Source: Vicinamibacteria bacterium
Lineage (GTDB): Bacteria > Acidobacteriota > Vicinamibacteria > Marinacidobacterales > Marinacidobacteraceae
Length of the DNA stretch: 64,000 bases
Direction: 5' to 3'
NCBI GenBank assembly: GCA_965199715.1
Contig: CBDATA010000001.1
Span: 1-64,000, forward strand
Part shown: positions 1 through 9,753 of the stretch, piece after piece
Numbering within the stretch: position 1 is the stretch's first letter
Layout: every line of letters starts with the position of its first letter
The notes under the pieces: generated by a model
Told to the model about the DNA's origin: nothing
Seen by the model: the letters and a program-made list of their open reading frames with translations, nothing else
Databases searched by the model: none
Translations under genes and position numbers: made by a program

Positions 1-112
1 CCACCTCGCCGGCGACCGGTCCGCCGCCGGACGCGCCGAAGGAACGACCCCGGAAAACGGCCCCTCCCTCGAGCGCGAGGACGCCGCCGGGATGGGGTTC
101 GTCAGAGGCCAA
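1..112 (-). CDS. carA: Mirror copy of carA 5' end, running off the window
   Basis: Reverse complement of 22531-22642. Confidence 0.8.
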   Translation of the reverse strand, partial: MASDEPHPGGVLALEGGAVFRGRSFGASGGGPVAGEV

Positions 113-247
113 ACTCGCGAAAATCTAGCAGAAATGGGGGTTGCATCCCGCGTAGGCGGGCGCGTAGAATAGTGTGGAGGTTCGCCTCCTATAGGATTGT
201 GGCCCGCATTCGCCCGGCCGCGTTTTGTCGTTCCGACGAGAGACTTC

Positions 248-1747
248 ATGGTCCCCGAAAACCATTCCTCCGCCCTCTGGATTCCGGCCCTTCTCCTCGC
301 CGCGCTGCCCGCTTCCGCGCAGACCCGGGGGGCGGACGGGTTCCTCGAGATTCAGCGAATCGACGCCGACCGCCCCGCGGTCGAAAGCCGCGAGGCGCTC
401 CAGGATCTCTTCGCCTCGGATCCCGCGTCGATCCGCGAGGCGCTCGCCGCCGGCGGCTTCACGGGCGATGCGGACGCGGTTCTCGCGGCTGTGGCCGACG
501 GGCGGTTCGCCGAGACCACGTTCGCGACGGGGCTCGAGATGGAGTGGATGGGCACGCCGACCGGCGCCGCCCGCAAGGTGCGTTTCACCGGTCCCGAAGG
601 GATGCCGGCGTTCGCGCTCGGCCTCACCGAGGGGAACGCGCGCTACCGGTTCGCGATCCCGAAGGAGTCGGGCGCGGTCGCCCTCATCGCCCAGGAACAG
701 ATGGGCGGGGCGCCGCCCACGATCCACTTCGAGGCGTCGGGTCCCTACACCCACGCTTCGGCCCGAATCACCGTGGACGTGCGGCTCGCCGACGGCTCCG
801 AGCTGGAGGTGACCCTCACCGATCCGTCCGGGGAGCGGACCTCGCCGGACATGGACCGCAGCGGAATCCGCTCCAACTGGACGGGTCAGTTGATGGACGA
901 GGGGACGTGGGAAGCCGAGGCGCGAGTGACCCGCTCCGGTTTCGACGCGAGGACCGTCCGCGAGTCGCTGACGCTCAGCGACGGCGCGCCGGTGTGCTCC
1001 GCGAGCCTCTCCATCTCGGATCAGGAGGTCGTGTACGACTCGGCGACGATTGTCGTCAACACTTGCGAGAGCCGCGCCACCACCGGCGAGATCGCGACCG
1101 GCTACGTGCGGATCGAGCGCGACGGCGTCCAGATCGCGTCGCTCGACATGTCCGACAGTTGCGAGCGCAGCTTCATCGTCCCCGGCGGCGGCGACTACAC
1201 GGCGCTCGTGGAGATCGCGGACAGCCGGAACGTGAGGGCGACCTGCGAGGCGAGCGTCGGCGCGACCGAGGTGCACCCGCGCTTCTGGCCGACCCTCGAC
1301 CTCGCCGGCGGGGTGTACCGCTCCGACCGCGACGACATCGTTTCGGATCCGAGTGCGCCGCTCGCCGGCGGGGCGATCGGCGGAGCGCTCGACGTGCGTC
1401 CCGGCCCCGGCGGCGGGACCCGCATCCTGGGCCGCGTGGCGTCGGGGGTCGCGCACAACCGGTGGTTCGGCTCGGCGATCGATCTGGGCATCCTCCAGTA
1501 CGGCGAGTCGGGATTCGTCGGCGGCGGCATCGGGCTGTGGGGCGTCGGCGACGCGGACATCGTGGACGCCGGCATCTTCGGCGCCGGCGGCGTCGGTCTC
1601 CCGTTGTGGACCGCGGCCGGACGGGCGCACCTCTTCACCGAGCTCCGCCTCTTCGGAAAGAAGCTGTCCGCGATTCAGGACAACTACTCGGCGACCGTCG
1701 GGATCCGCTTCGAGTTCCGCCCGGTCCACAGGATCAAGGGCCGATAG
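248..1747 (+). CDS. Secreted/outer-membrane hypothetical protein (copy 1)
   Basis: Signal-peptide-like LLLAALPASAQ; Ig-like middle; Gly/aromatic beta-rich C-terminus ending ...VGIRFEF. Start uncertain (197 or 248). Confidence 0.7.
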   Translation: MVPENHSSALWIPALLLAALPASAQTRGADGFLEIQRIDADRPAVESREALQDLFASDPASIREALAAGGFTGDADAVLAAVADGRFAETTFATGLEMEWMGTPTGAARKVRFTGPEGMPAFALGLTEGNARYRFAIPKESGAVALIAQEQMGGAPPTIHFEASGPYTHASARITVDVRLADGSELEVTLTDPSGERTSPDMDRSGIRSNWTGQLMDEGTWEAEARVTRSGFDARTVRESLTLSDGAPVCSASLSISDQEVVYDSATIVVNTCESRATTGEIATGYVRIERDGVQIASLDMSDSCERSFIVPGGGDYTALVEIADSRNVRATCEASVGATEVHPRFWPTLDLAGGVYRSDRDDIVSDPSAPLAGGAIGGALDVRPGPGGGTRILGRVASGVAHNRWFGSAIDLGILQYGESGFVGGGIGLWGVGDADIVDAGIFGAGGVGLPLWTAAGRAHLFTELRLFGKKLSAIQDNYSATVGIRFEFRPVHRIKGR

Positions 1748-1773
1748 ATTCGGGATCGGGACCGGAGCCCGCC

Positions 1774-1977
1774 GTGACGCGCCGGTCCCTTCTCGCGCTT
1801 CCCGCCGGGGTGGTGCTGGCGCGCCTGCTCGTCGCGCTCGCCCCGGCGGATCCGCTGCTGATCGGCGTTCCCGCCGGCGTGTGGCTCGAGCTCGCCGTCG
1901 TCGCGCTCTCGACGGTCTCGCTCGCGCTCCTGTGCCGGGCGTTCCTTCCCGGATCGACTGAGGCGCCCCCCGAGTGA
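1774..1977 (+). CDS. Small membrane protein, probable SSS transporter accessory subunit (copy 1)
   Basis: GTG start, 67 aa, two hydrophobic segments, GTGA overlap with the symporter gene. Confidence 0.55.
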   Translation: MTRRSLLALPAGVVLARLLVALAPADPLLIGVPAGVWLELAVVALSTVSLALLCRAFLPGSTEAPPE

Positions 1978-3431
1978 CGCTCGCCGTCGTCGGCCTCTAC
2001 CTGGCGCTCGTCGTCGGGATCGGCGTCTTCGCCCGGATGCGCCGCGGCTCGGGCGAGCAGTATTTCCTCGCCGGACGCGCGCTCGGGTCGTTCGTGCTGC
2101 TCATGACGCTCTTCGGCACGAACATGACCGCGTTCACGATCCTCGGCGCGTCGGGCGAGGCGCACCGGCAGGGCCTTCGCGTGTTCGCGCTGATGGCGAC
2201 CAGCTCGGCGGTGGTCATCCCGCTCACCTTCCTCCTGATCGGCGTCCCGCTGTGGCGCTTCGGGAAGCGTTTCGGGCACGCGACGCAGGCCGAGTTCTTC
2301 GCCGACCGCTACGGCTCGCGCGCGCTCGGGACCGTCGTCTTCCTGTGCTCGCTGTTCTGGCTCGTGCCCTACGTGCTGATCGGGGTCAAGGGCGGCGGCG
2401 ACGCGCTGGCGGCGATCGCCGACGCTTCGGTCGCGCCGCCGTCGTGGCTCGGGAGCCTGATCCTGTGCCTCGTGGTCTTCGTGTACGTGGTGCTCGGGGG
2501 AATGCGCAGCACCGCGCTCGTGAACACCTTTCAGACCTCGCTGTTCGTGGGCGTGGCGGTCGTGGCGTTCCTCGTGATCTCGAACGGACTCGGGGGCTTC
2601 GTCCCGGCGATGGAGCGGCTGCGCGACGCGAACCCGGAACTGATGGAGATCGCCTCGACGCGGCGGGACTGGATCCAGATCGCGACCTACCTCTTCGTCC
2701 CGCTCTCGACGTCGTGCTTCCCGCACATCTTCGGGCTGTGGATGGCGGCCCGGAGCGCGGCGTCGTTCCGGCTTCCGATTCTCGCGTACCCGGCGATGAT
2801 CGCGCTGGTGTGGCTCCCGAGCGTCGTGCTGGGCGCGCTCGGCCGGCTCGACGTGGCCTTTCCGCCGGACGGGCCGATCCTGATCCTGCTCATCCGGGAG
2901 CACGTCGGAAGCCTCCTCGCCGGATGCCTCGCCGCCGGCGTGTTCGCGGCGATCATGTCCTCGCTGGATTCGCAGACGCTCACCGTCGGGACCATGCTGA
3001 CGCGCGACGTCGTCGCGCGTTCGGCCCGTTTCGCGCGCCTCGCGGAGGGCAGGGAAGCGCTTTTCGGGCGGGTTTTCGTGGGCCTGTTCCTTCTCGTCGT
3101 GTTCGTGCTCAGCCTGGTCTCCAGCCAGACCGTCTTCAGCTTGGGGATCTGGGCGCTGTCCGGGTATTCGGGCTTCTTCCCGGTGCTCGTCGGGGCGCTC
3201 TACTGGCGCGGAAGCACGGCCGCCGGCGCCGGCGCGGCGATCCTCGTGAGCCTCGCGCTTTGGACCGGGTTCTTCGTGAGCGCCGGGGGCGCGCCCGGCT
3301 GGACCGTGGCGGATTCCGGGGTCGAGCCGGCGGCGGCGATCGTGGCGGCCTCGGCCCTGACCCTGGTCGTCGTGTCCCAGTGGACCCGGAGCCCGGAGCG
3401 GGACCGGGTGCGCCGCTTCTTCCCCGGGTAG
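1974..3431 (+). CDS. Sodium:solute symporter family protein (copy 1)
   Basis: YFLAGR, GGMRS and AAIMSSLDS SSS motifs; many TM helices. Confidence 0.9.
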   Translation: MTLAVVGLYLALVVGIGVFARMRRGSGEQYFLAGRALGSFVLLMTLFGTNMTAFTILGASGEAHRQGLRVFALMATSSAVVIPLTFLLIGVPLWRFGKRFGHATQAEFFADRYGSRALGTVVFLCSLFWLVPYVLIGVKGGGDALAAIADASVAPPSWLGSLILCLVVFVYVVLGGMRSTALVNTFQTSLFVGVAVVAFLVISNGLGGFVPAMERLRDANPELMEIASTRRDWIQIATYLFVPLSTSCFPHIFGLWMAARSAASFRLPILAYPAMIALVWLPSVVLGALGRLDVAFPPDGPILILLIREHVGSLLAGCLAAGVFAAIMSSLDSQTLTVGTMLTRDVVARSARFARLAEGREALFGRVFVGLFLLVVFVLSLVSSQTVFSLGIWALSGYSGFFPVLVGALYWRGSTAAGAGAAILVSLALWTGFFVSAGGAPGWTVADSGVEPAAAIVAASALTLVVVSQWTRSPERDRVRRFFPG

Positions 3432-3444
3432 GATTCGGCCTCTC

Positions 3445-4455
3445 ATGGCCGCATTCCTCGCGTTCGCGCTGCTCGCCGCCGCGTCGCAGACCGAGACCGT
3501 CTTCCATACGTTCTCGATCGCGGCGGTCGATCGCGAAACCGGCGAGGTGGGCGTGGCCGTGACCACCCGCAACCCGTGCGTTGGGAACGGCGTGCCGTGG
3601 GTGCGGGCCGGCGTGGGCGCGGTCGCGACGCAGGCGCGCACGCGGACCCGGTACGGCGCGGAGCTGCTCGATTTGCTCGAAGCCGGCCGCACGCCCGAGG
3701 ACGCGCTCGCCGAACGGCTCGCCGATGACGAGCAGGCCCCGAACCGGCAGGTCGGAGTCGTCGCGCTCGCCGGCGGCGCGGCCCAGCACACCGGCGCGGA
3801 CGCGAGCGCGTGGGCCGGCCACCGAGCCGGGGCCGACTACGCGGCCCAGGGCAACCTGCTGGTCGGACCGGAAGTCGTGGACGCGGTGGCCGAGTCGTTC
3901 GAGAGCACGAGGGGGAGCGGGCTTTCGCTCGCCGACCGGCTGGTCGCGGCGCTCGAGGCGGGGCAGGCGGCCGGCGGCGACGCGCGCCGGGGGCGGCGGC
4001 AGTCGGCTTCGGTGATGGTGGCGGACTCCCGTCCCGACCACTCGCGCCGCGACGACGGCCTTTCGACCCACATCAACGTCTGCGAGCACGCGACTCCGGT
4101 GGCCGAACTGCGGCGCATCCACGACGCGGTCAGCCAGAAGGTCGGGTATCGGACCCTGACTGGATTCACCGGCGGCGACGTCCTCCAGTTGCGGGTTCTC
4201 CTCGCCGAGGCGGGTTGTTCCGCCTCCGTGACCGACGAGGAGCTCGGGGAGGGCCGCACGCGCCGTTACGACGCGGCGCTCATGGAGGCGGTGGACGGCT
4301 GCCGTCGCGACCTGGGCCTCTCCGCGCCCGAGCAGGGGTCCCCGCCGGGCCTCGCCGACGCGGAGTTCGTGGAACGCCTCTGGAGCCGCATCCCCGAGGC
4401 CGACCGGGAGGCCGTGCGGCGACGGCTTGCCCCGCTGCGGCGCATCACGAGGTGA
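3445..4455 (+). CDS. DUF1028 (Ntn-hydrolase-like) protein with peptidoglycan-binding-like C-terminus (copy 1)
   Basis: [44 protein letters not shown]. Confidence 0.85.
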   Translation: MAAFLAFALLAAASQTETVFHTFSIAAVDRETGEVGVAVTTRNPCVGNGVPWVRAGVGAVATQARTRTRYGAELLDLLEAGRTPEDALAERLADDEQAPNRQVGVVALAGGAAQHTGADASAWAGHRAGADYAAQGNLLVGPEVVDAVAESFESTRGSGLSLADRLVAALEAGQAAGGDARRGRRQSASVMVADSRPDHSRRDDGLSTHINVCEHATPVAELRRIHDAVSQKVGYRTLTGFTGGDVLQLRVLLAEAGCSASVTDEELGEGRTRRYDAALMEAVDGCRRDLGLSAPEQGSPPGLADAEFVERLWSRIPEADREAVRRRLAPLRRITR

Positions 4456-4460
4456 CCCCC

Positions 4461-5546
4461 ATGGAACCCACCGCCGCCGGGCGGCCCGTCCGGATCGACC
4501 TGAGAAGCGACACCGTCACCCGCCCGACGGAAGCGATGCGGGCGGCGATGGCGGCCGCGCCGGTCGGCGACGACGTGTACGGCGACGACCCGTCGGTGAA
4601 CCGGCTCGAGGAGCGCACCGCCGAGGCGCTCGGGAAGGAGGCCGCGGTCTTCACGCCCACCGGGACGATGAGCAACCAGATCGCGCTCCGGGCGCAGACC
4701 GAGCCCGGAGACCTGGTCCTCGCCGAGTCCCGCGCCCACCTCTATCTGGTCGAGAGCGGCGGCCCGGCCGCGCTCTCCGGCCTGACGGTCCTCGGCCTCG
4801 AAGGGGAGCGGGGCGCGTTCGCTCCCGAGCAGGTGCGGACGGCCGTGCTCGAGCCGCACCCGATGGTGCCGATGGCGTGCCATCCGCCGGCGCGCCTCGT
4901 CGCCGCCGAGAACACCCACAACGCTTCCAGCGGAACGGTCTGGCCGTTCGAGCGGCTCAAGGCGGTGGGGGAGACCGCGGCGGAGCTCGGGCTCGCGGCG
5001 CACCTCGACGGCGCCCGCCTCTGGCACGCGACGGCGGCTACCGGGATCCCCGAGGCCGAGTGGGCCGCGAGCTTCCAGACGGTGAGCGTCTGCTTCTCGA
5101 AGGGCCTCGGCGCGCCGATGGGCTCCTGCCTCGCCGGTCCGGCGCCGGTGATCCGCCGCGCCCGCCGCTTCCGCCAGTTGTTCGGCGGCGGCTTCCGTCA
5201 GGCCGGAATCCTGGCCGCGGGCGCGCTCCACGCGCTGGAGAACCATCGGGACCGGCTCGTCGAGGACCACGCCCGCGCCCGCCGGCTCGCGGCCGGGCTC
5301 GCCGCGATCCCGGGAATCGACGTGGACCCGCACGCGGTCGAGACGAACATCGTCCGTTTCCGTACGCCGGGGATGAACGCCTTCCGCCTCGCTGAGCGCC
5401 TGCTCGCGGACTGGCGGGTGGCGACGCTGCCCGGCGGCCCGGACGCGATGCGGATCATCCCGCACCTCGGCACGTCCGACGCGGACGTCGAGGACGCGCT
5501 GAAAGCGTTCGCCGCGTGTCTCGCCGCCGCTCCGGTCAGCGCCTGA
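4461..5546 (+). CDS. ltaE: Low-specificity L-threonine aldolase (copy 1)
   Basis: [37 protein letters not shown] (PLP lysine). Confidence 0.92.
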   Translation: MEPTAAGRPVRIDLRSDTVTRPTEAMRAAMAAAPVGDDVYGDDPSVNRLEERTAEALGKEAAVFTPTGTMSNQIALRAQTEPGDLVLAESRAHLYLVESGGPAALSGLTVLGLEGERGAFAPEQVRTAVLEPHPMVPMACHPPARLVAAENTHNASSGTVWPFERLKAVGETAAELGLAAHLDGARLWHATAATGIPEAEWAASFQTVSVCFSKGLGAPMGSCLAGPAPVIRRARRFRQLFGGGFRQAGILAAGALHALENHRDRLVEDHARARRLAAGLAAIPGIDVDPHAVETNIVRFRTPGMNAFRLAERLLADWRVATLPGGPDAMRIIPHLGTSDADVEDALKAFAACLAAAPVSA

Positions 5547-5564
5547 GTTCCGCCCGGCTGCGGG

Positions 5565-6371
5565 CTATTCGCACACGACGCCGTCGCCGTCGCCGTCGTT
5601 CATGAACGGGTACGCGACGTGGCCTCGCTTCACCGGCGCGATGCCGTGGCGCCGGGCCTCGGCGCACGTGATCCTCCCGTTCCCGTCATCGTCCCACCGC
5701 GCGATTTCGGATGGGGAACTTGATCGGGGACTTGGGCCTCCAACGGGCGTCGCGCCGCGCTCATACACCACGAGCGCGGTCGATGGACAGGATTGGAGCA
5801 CCCGTTCGAGGGCGTTGGCCTCGCGGCGGTTCACGGTCAGCCCGTACTTCAGCTTCACCGCCACGACCCGGCTTGCGAACCAGCACTTGTTCTTCTCCGG
5901 CAGCCACTCTGCGGCGTCGCTGTCGGACTTCTGGTGACGATTCACGTTCGGGGCCGCGAGAGTCAGATTCAGGAGGTCGCGGGCGAATGTCCGCCGGGTC
6001 GCCCGCGAGGCCGCGCACAGCCCGCTGTCGTGCGCTTCGGATCTCGCGACCATGTGTTCGATATCCGTCTGTGTATCGGAAACGAACCAGCGGCCGGTAT
6101 AGGGCCCGTACACGCCGCCGAGCCGGGCCGTGATCCGATCCTCGACCGACTGGGGATATGGGTAGTCGCGGGCCCGGTACGGCGAACAGCGATTCTCCGG
6201 AGCCACCCTGAGACCTCGCCATAACTCGGACGAGGCTGCATGATTCGCCGAGCCGACCGCGCCGACAAGCAGAACCAGGCAAAGTGCGGCGACCGGCGAT
6301 CGGTGGCCGCATAAATGGAAGCCGAACGTCGTCGCCCGCCATGAAACCGTTTCCGAAGAAGTAACCGACAT
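5565..6371 (-). CDS. DUF1524-type HNH nuclease with C-terminal Excalibur Ca-binding domain (copy 1)
   Basis: DIEHMVARSEAHDSG...NL...VN..KSD..AAEWLP; C-terminal TCAEAR...DGDGDGVVCE; hydrophobic N-terminus. Start uncertain. Confidence 0.8.
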   Translation of the reverse strand: MSVTSSETVSWRATTFGFHLCGHRSPVAALCLVLLVGAVGSANHAASSELWRGLRVAPENRCSPYRARDYPYPQSVEDRITARLGGVYGPYTGRWFVSDTQTDIEHMVARSEAHDSGLCAASRATRRTFARDLLNLTLAAPNVNRHQKSDSDAAEWLPEKNKCWFASRVVAVKLKYGLTVNRREANALERVLQSCPSTALVVYERGATPVGGPSPRSSSPSEIARWDDDGNGRITCAEARRHGIAPVKRGHVAYPFMNDGDGDGVVCE

Positions 6372-6406
6372 TGCGCCATCGACTCTAGAACGTCTGGCGG
6401 AGGCGG

Positions 6407-6589
6407 TCAATCGGCGCAAGACGCCGGACGTCCTGGCGCGAGCGTCGCGTCGCGGCGGAGCCGGCGTCCGCGCCCGTTGCGGGTCACGGCGTCGCCGAGC
6501 AGCCCCGAGTCCATGGCGCGGCGGATGTGCCGAACCGCAAGCCCAGTGATGCCGGACACCTCGTTCGGAGTCAGCGTGGGAGCGTCCAT
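6407..6589 (-). CDS. Small HTH (excisionase/MerR-like) protein, possibly truncated (copy 1)
   Basis: TLTPNEVSGITGLAVRHIRRAMDSG helix-turn-helix pattern. Confidence 0.5.
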   Translation of the reverse strand: MDAPTLTPNEVSGITGLAVRHIRRAMDSGLLGDAVTRNGRGRRLRRDATLAPGRPASCAD

Positions 6590-6647
6590 GGGGGGCGGGA
6601 CTGTAGCGCCGCCGGCCGTTGGAGAAACGGGCGTGGCCCGCCCGCGC

Positions 6648-9605
6648 TCAGCCCTCGCCGAAGACGGAACCCTGCGTGAACGCTTCCGACTGGGACAGCC
6701 GGACGATCTCCGGCCAGCTCTGGACGAGGCGGTTGTACGCGTGCGCCTCCGCCGCCCGGTTCTTCCGGTCGCACAGCGTGTAGACGCGGTAGCAGAGTTC
6801 CCGGGCCGCCTCGCCCTTGCTGCCGAGCTTGGCGACCACTTCGGCGGCGCCCGCCTCGCCGTCCTTGTCGAGGCGGCGGATCAGGTGGTGGACGATCTCC
6901 CAGACGGTCAGCCGATCATCGGTCTCGGGGTCCCATGACTCGTCCAGGTTTTCCGGCCGCAGGATCCACACCTCGCCGCCCTTGGACTTGAGGACGCCCG
7001 CCTCGTCAAGGCCGTCCACGCTGGTGTTCTTCGCCTTCGTGAGCGTCTCGGCGATGCCGTAGTCCCCCCGGTCGAACCCGAACTGCTCGAACCACGCGAG
7101 CGCCCAGCGGGTGTCCGCGTCGAAATCGCCCTCCTGCTCGGCGAGCACCTCGTCGAGCGTGCGGTTGATCGCGGCGAGCGCCTCGCGCACGGACATTGCG
7201 TTCCCTTCGGCGTCGAGCACCTTCCCGTAACGCGTGTACACGGCCATGCCCGGACCGATGGCCGCCTGCGCCAGATCCACCGGGGCCACGTTGCCCGACT
7301 GGAGGAGCCGAAGGGCCTGCGGAAGCTCGGCGCGAAGCTCGGTCAGGAACTCGCGGCGGGTCGCGGCCGGAGCGTCGTCGGGCCGCCGCCGGCAGACCAG
7401 CACGATGGACGAGGCGAGCGCGTTGGCGCCCATTGCGATCCTCCGGTTGCGCAACTCGGTGCGCATCGGCCAAGTTCCGGTGATCGCCAACCCGGACTTC
7501 ATCGCGGCGTCGAGGAACGTCTCCCATCCCGTGCTCGCGACCCCGGAGTCCTCCTTGGTTTCGGACTGCTTGAAGGCGTAGTAGATCGTCACGGGAAAAC
7601 CCGGATGCGCACGTTCCGTCAGCCTTCGTATCGCCCGCGACATGCCGGAGAGAAAGAAAGCCTCCGCCGCGTCCTTGCTTCCATGGCGATACGGCGTCGC
7701 GACGAGTTCCTCGGCCTTCGGAACAGCGACCGTGGCGAACAGCTCTGGAAACACTGACTTGAGCGAGCGTCGTAGCCAGACGTAGAAGAAATCCGACAAG
7801 TCGGCGTAGCCGATGTTGTCGTAGTACGGGGGATCGGTCGATACGACCTTGTCTCCACTCAAATCCTGTTTCTGAGCCGCGGCCGTGACACTGTGTGCAG
7901 GAACGCGAGGCGATAGCCATTCCAATGTCTTCTTGATCCAGCCAATGCCTCCAGCGATGCTCCCCGTCGAATCCGAAAAGGCGTTCGCTTCGGCAAAGTC
8001 CCACGTCATCGGAAAGGCCTGTAGCCCCAAGGTGTTCCGTACCGTTTGACGGCTCGCATCCCACGTGCAGATTGTCGAGCAACGGTCTCCGAGTCTGTTT
8101 ACCGACAGGCCCAGATACAGGGACGCCGCCTCGGCGTAGGCGGTCGCGCCGAGGCCGCCGTCGCGCAGAGGGCGGTCGTCGTCGGGGAGGCCGGCCGAGG
8201 CGGCGTCATCCCGGATTCGCGCGCGGGCCTCGCCGACGAGGTCCGAGAACGTCGTCAGGGCCACGAGCTGGCGATCAGTGAAGAGGTCCGCGAACGTGGG
8301 GAGGCCATAGTTGGGGGTCTTGAAGTCGCGCGGGTTGTCCGGCAACAACATGTCCGGCCGCCAGGTTGGTGATGCGCCCGCAGCAGCCACGGCGTGTCGA
8401 GTGATCGGCGACAGGTAGACTCGCCCCTTGTCCCCTTCGGCGACGACGGCGAGTAGGCGAGCGCCCATTCCGCCCCGTTTGCCCTCGGCGCGAATGTGGT
8501 CGTACGGAACCGGAACGCCGGACATGAGGCAGCGGAATGCGCGACGCCGGCCGGCGGTAGTGCCCAGGTTCGTCGCCGTCCGATCCGTCGGGGGGCCGAC
8601 GCGCACGCGGAACCGGTAGCCCCGTCCCTCGACCGCCGGCTCCACCCACGCCTCCTTCCCCTTCTTCGTCGACAGCATGAACGTCGACGCCAGCGGAACC
8701 TCCACGTCTCCGAACGCCGGGTTCGGGCTCCTTACCGTCCGCGCCCACAGCCACGCGATCACCGTCAGCTCCCGCCCCTCGTACGCCTTCAGGTCCGGGC
8801 GCTCCCGCGCCATCTCCGCCGTGACCTCCACCTTCGGGTACAGACGGCCGATCCGCTTCTCCGCCTCGTCCCGCATCCACTTCCCGTAGTACCGGACGTC
8901 CTCGGCGAGGCCGGTCGCTCCCGGCCACGCCTTCGCAACCACCGTCTGCTTCGCCCGGGAGTCCGGGTTCACCGGCGGCCTCCCCGCGAACTTCGGCGGG
9001 ATCTCGATCATCGCCTTGTTGATGAGCACCGCCACCGGGTTCAGGTCGGAGGCGTGCGCCTCGAGGCCGAGCCGCTGCGCCTCCAGCGGCAGCGCCCCGC
9101 CCCCGGCGAACGGATCGTGGAAGGCCGGGAGCCGGTTCCGGTCGAAGAGCTCGTCCGCCCGGGGGTGGTCCGCGTTCTCGGCGCAGGCTCGCCGCCAGCT
9201 CTCCCGGATCTCCGCCCGCGCCGTCTCCAGCACCGTCTCGTTGGCCGTGTTCTCCCACTTCACCAGGTCCTCGACGATGCGGAAGAGCCGCTGGCGCTCC
9301 CGCTCCGCCGCGACCTCGGCGAGGGCCGTCGGCGTCGCCTCCCGCCCGCGCTTCCTCAACTCCCGCCTCGCGGCCGCCCGCGTCGGGCCGTCCGACAGCA
9401 GCGCGTCCGCGTACTCCGACGGGTCGTCGACCAACTGACCGAAGATCACGGCTCGGGCCACCGCCAGCGGCTTGCGCGACCACCACAGGTGGAGCGTCGA
9501 GGGATGGCCATGACGCACCGACTTCTCGCGGGCGCCGGCGGCGTTGATCTCGTCGAGGGGCAGCGCCACCTCAATGAGCTTGCGGCGAGGACGATCTAGC
9601 GACAT
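6648..9605 (-). CDS. DUF1156 adenine-specific DNA methyltransferase, allele L
   Basis: KLIEVALPL...EKS.RHGHPSTLHLWW.R.PL (DUF1156), DPFAGGG motif I, TDPPYYDNI.YADLSDFFYVWL motif IV. Confidence 0.93.
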   Translation of the reverse strand: MSLDRPRRKLIEVALPLDEINAAGAREKSVRHGHPSTLHLWWSRKPLAVARAVIFGQLVDDPSEYADALLSDGPTRAAARRELRKRGREATPTALAEVAAERERQRLFRIVEDLVKWENTANETVLETARAEIRESWRRACAENADHPRADELFDRNRLPAFHDPFAGGGALPLEAQRLGLEAHASDLNPVAVLINKAMIEIPPKFAGRPPVNPDSRAKQTVVAKAWPGATGLAEDVRYYGKWMRDEAEKRIGRLYPKVEVTAEMARERPDLKAYEGRELTVIAWLWARTVRSPNPAFGDVEVPLASTFMLSTKKGKEAWVEPAVEGRGYRFRVRVGPPTDRTATNLGTTAGRRRAFRCLMSGVPVPYDHIRAEGKRGGMGARLLAVVAEGDKGRVYLSPITRHAVAAAGASPTWRPDMLLPDNPRDFKTPNYGLPTFADLFTDRQLVALTTFSDLVGEARARIRDDAASAGLPDDDRPLRDGGLGATAYAEAASLYLGLSVNRLGDRCSTICTWDASRQTVRNTLGLQAFPMTWDFAEANAFSDSTGSIAGGIGWIKKTLEWLSPRVPAHSVTAAAQKQDLSGDKVVSTDPPYYDNIGYADLSDFFYVWLRRSLKSVFPELFATVAVPKAEELVATPYRHGSKDAAEAFFLSGMSRAIRRLTERAHPGFPVTIYYAFKQSETKEDSGVASTGWETFLDAAMKSGLAITGTWPMRTELRNRRIAMGANALASSIVLVCRRRPDDAPAATRREFLTELRAELPQALRLLQSGNVAPVDLAQAAIGPGMAVYTRYGKVLDAEGNAMSVREALAAINRTLDEVLAEQEGDFDADTRWALAWFEQFGFDRGDYGIAETLTKAKNTSVDGLDEAGVLKSKGGEVWILRPENLDESWDPETDDRLTVWEIVHHLIRRLDKDGEAGAAEVVAKLGSKGEAARELCYRVYTLCDRKNRAAEAHAYNRLVQSWPEIVRLSQSEAFTQGSVFGEG
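8113..8276. repeat. Internal conserved block B, inverted partner at 14355-14518
   Basis: ~164 bp near-identical (DRQLVALTTFSDL...AASLYL) between two divergent regions. Confidence 0.85.
8584..9263. repeat. Internal conserved block A, inverted partner at 13371-14050
   Basis: ~680 bp near-identical (VKWENTANE...RVRVGPPTD) with scattered substitutions. Confidence 0.85.
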
Positions 9606-9753
9606 TCGCCGTTCGGGAGGGAACGGAGCAGGTCAAGCGGTGTCCTGCTAGCGATGCTGTTCCCAACGCGGGCCGTGAGGTCGCGCCGACCGGACGCTTC
9701 CGAGGCTTGATCTTGACGGGGTTCGGGAAGTGTGGATTGGATCGGAGAGCGAG

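Larger units (their letters stand above)
1..6998. repeat. Left arm of large inverted duplication (open at window start)
   Basis: Reverse complement of 15645-22642 (coordinate sum 22643). ORF-track translations are identical in both arms; first mismatch seen at 6999/15644. Not every base was checked by eye. Confidence 0.95.

Noticed and set aside
125-5546. Many long Arg/Gly/Pro-rich overlapping ORFs (e.g. 125-1729, 172-1977, 1734-3791) here and across the window
   Set aside because: Shadow frames of ~70% GC coding DNA with no domain motifs; only the 3' part of 172-1977 looks like a real small membrane gene.
9606-9753. tRNA or att site beside the integrases
   Set aside because: No tRNA-like cloverleaf recognised; only short GC-rich hairpins that could be chance.
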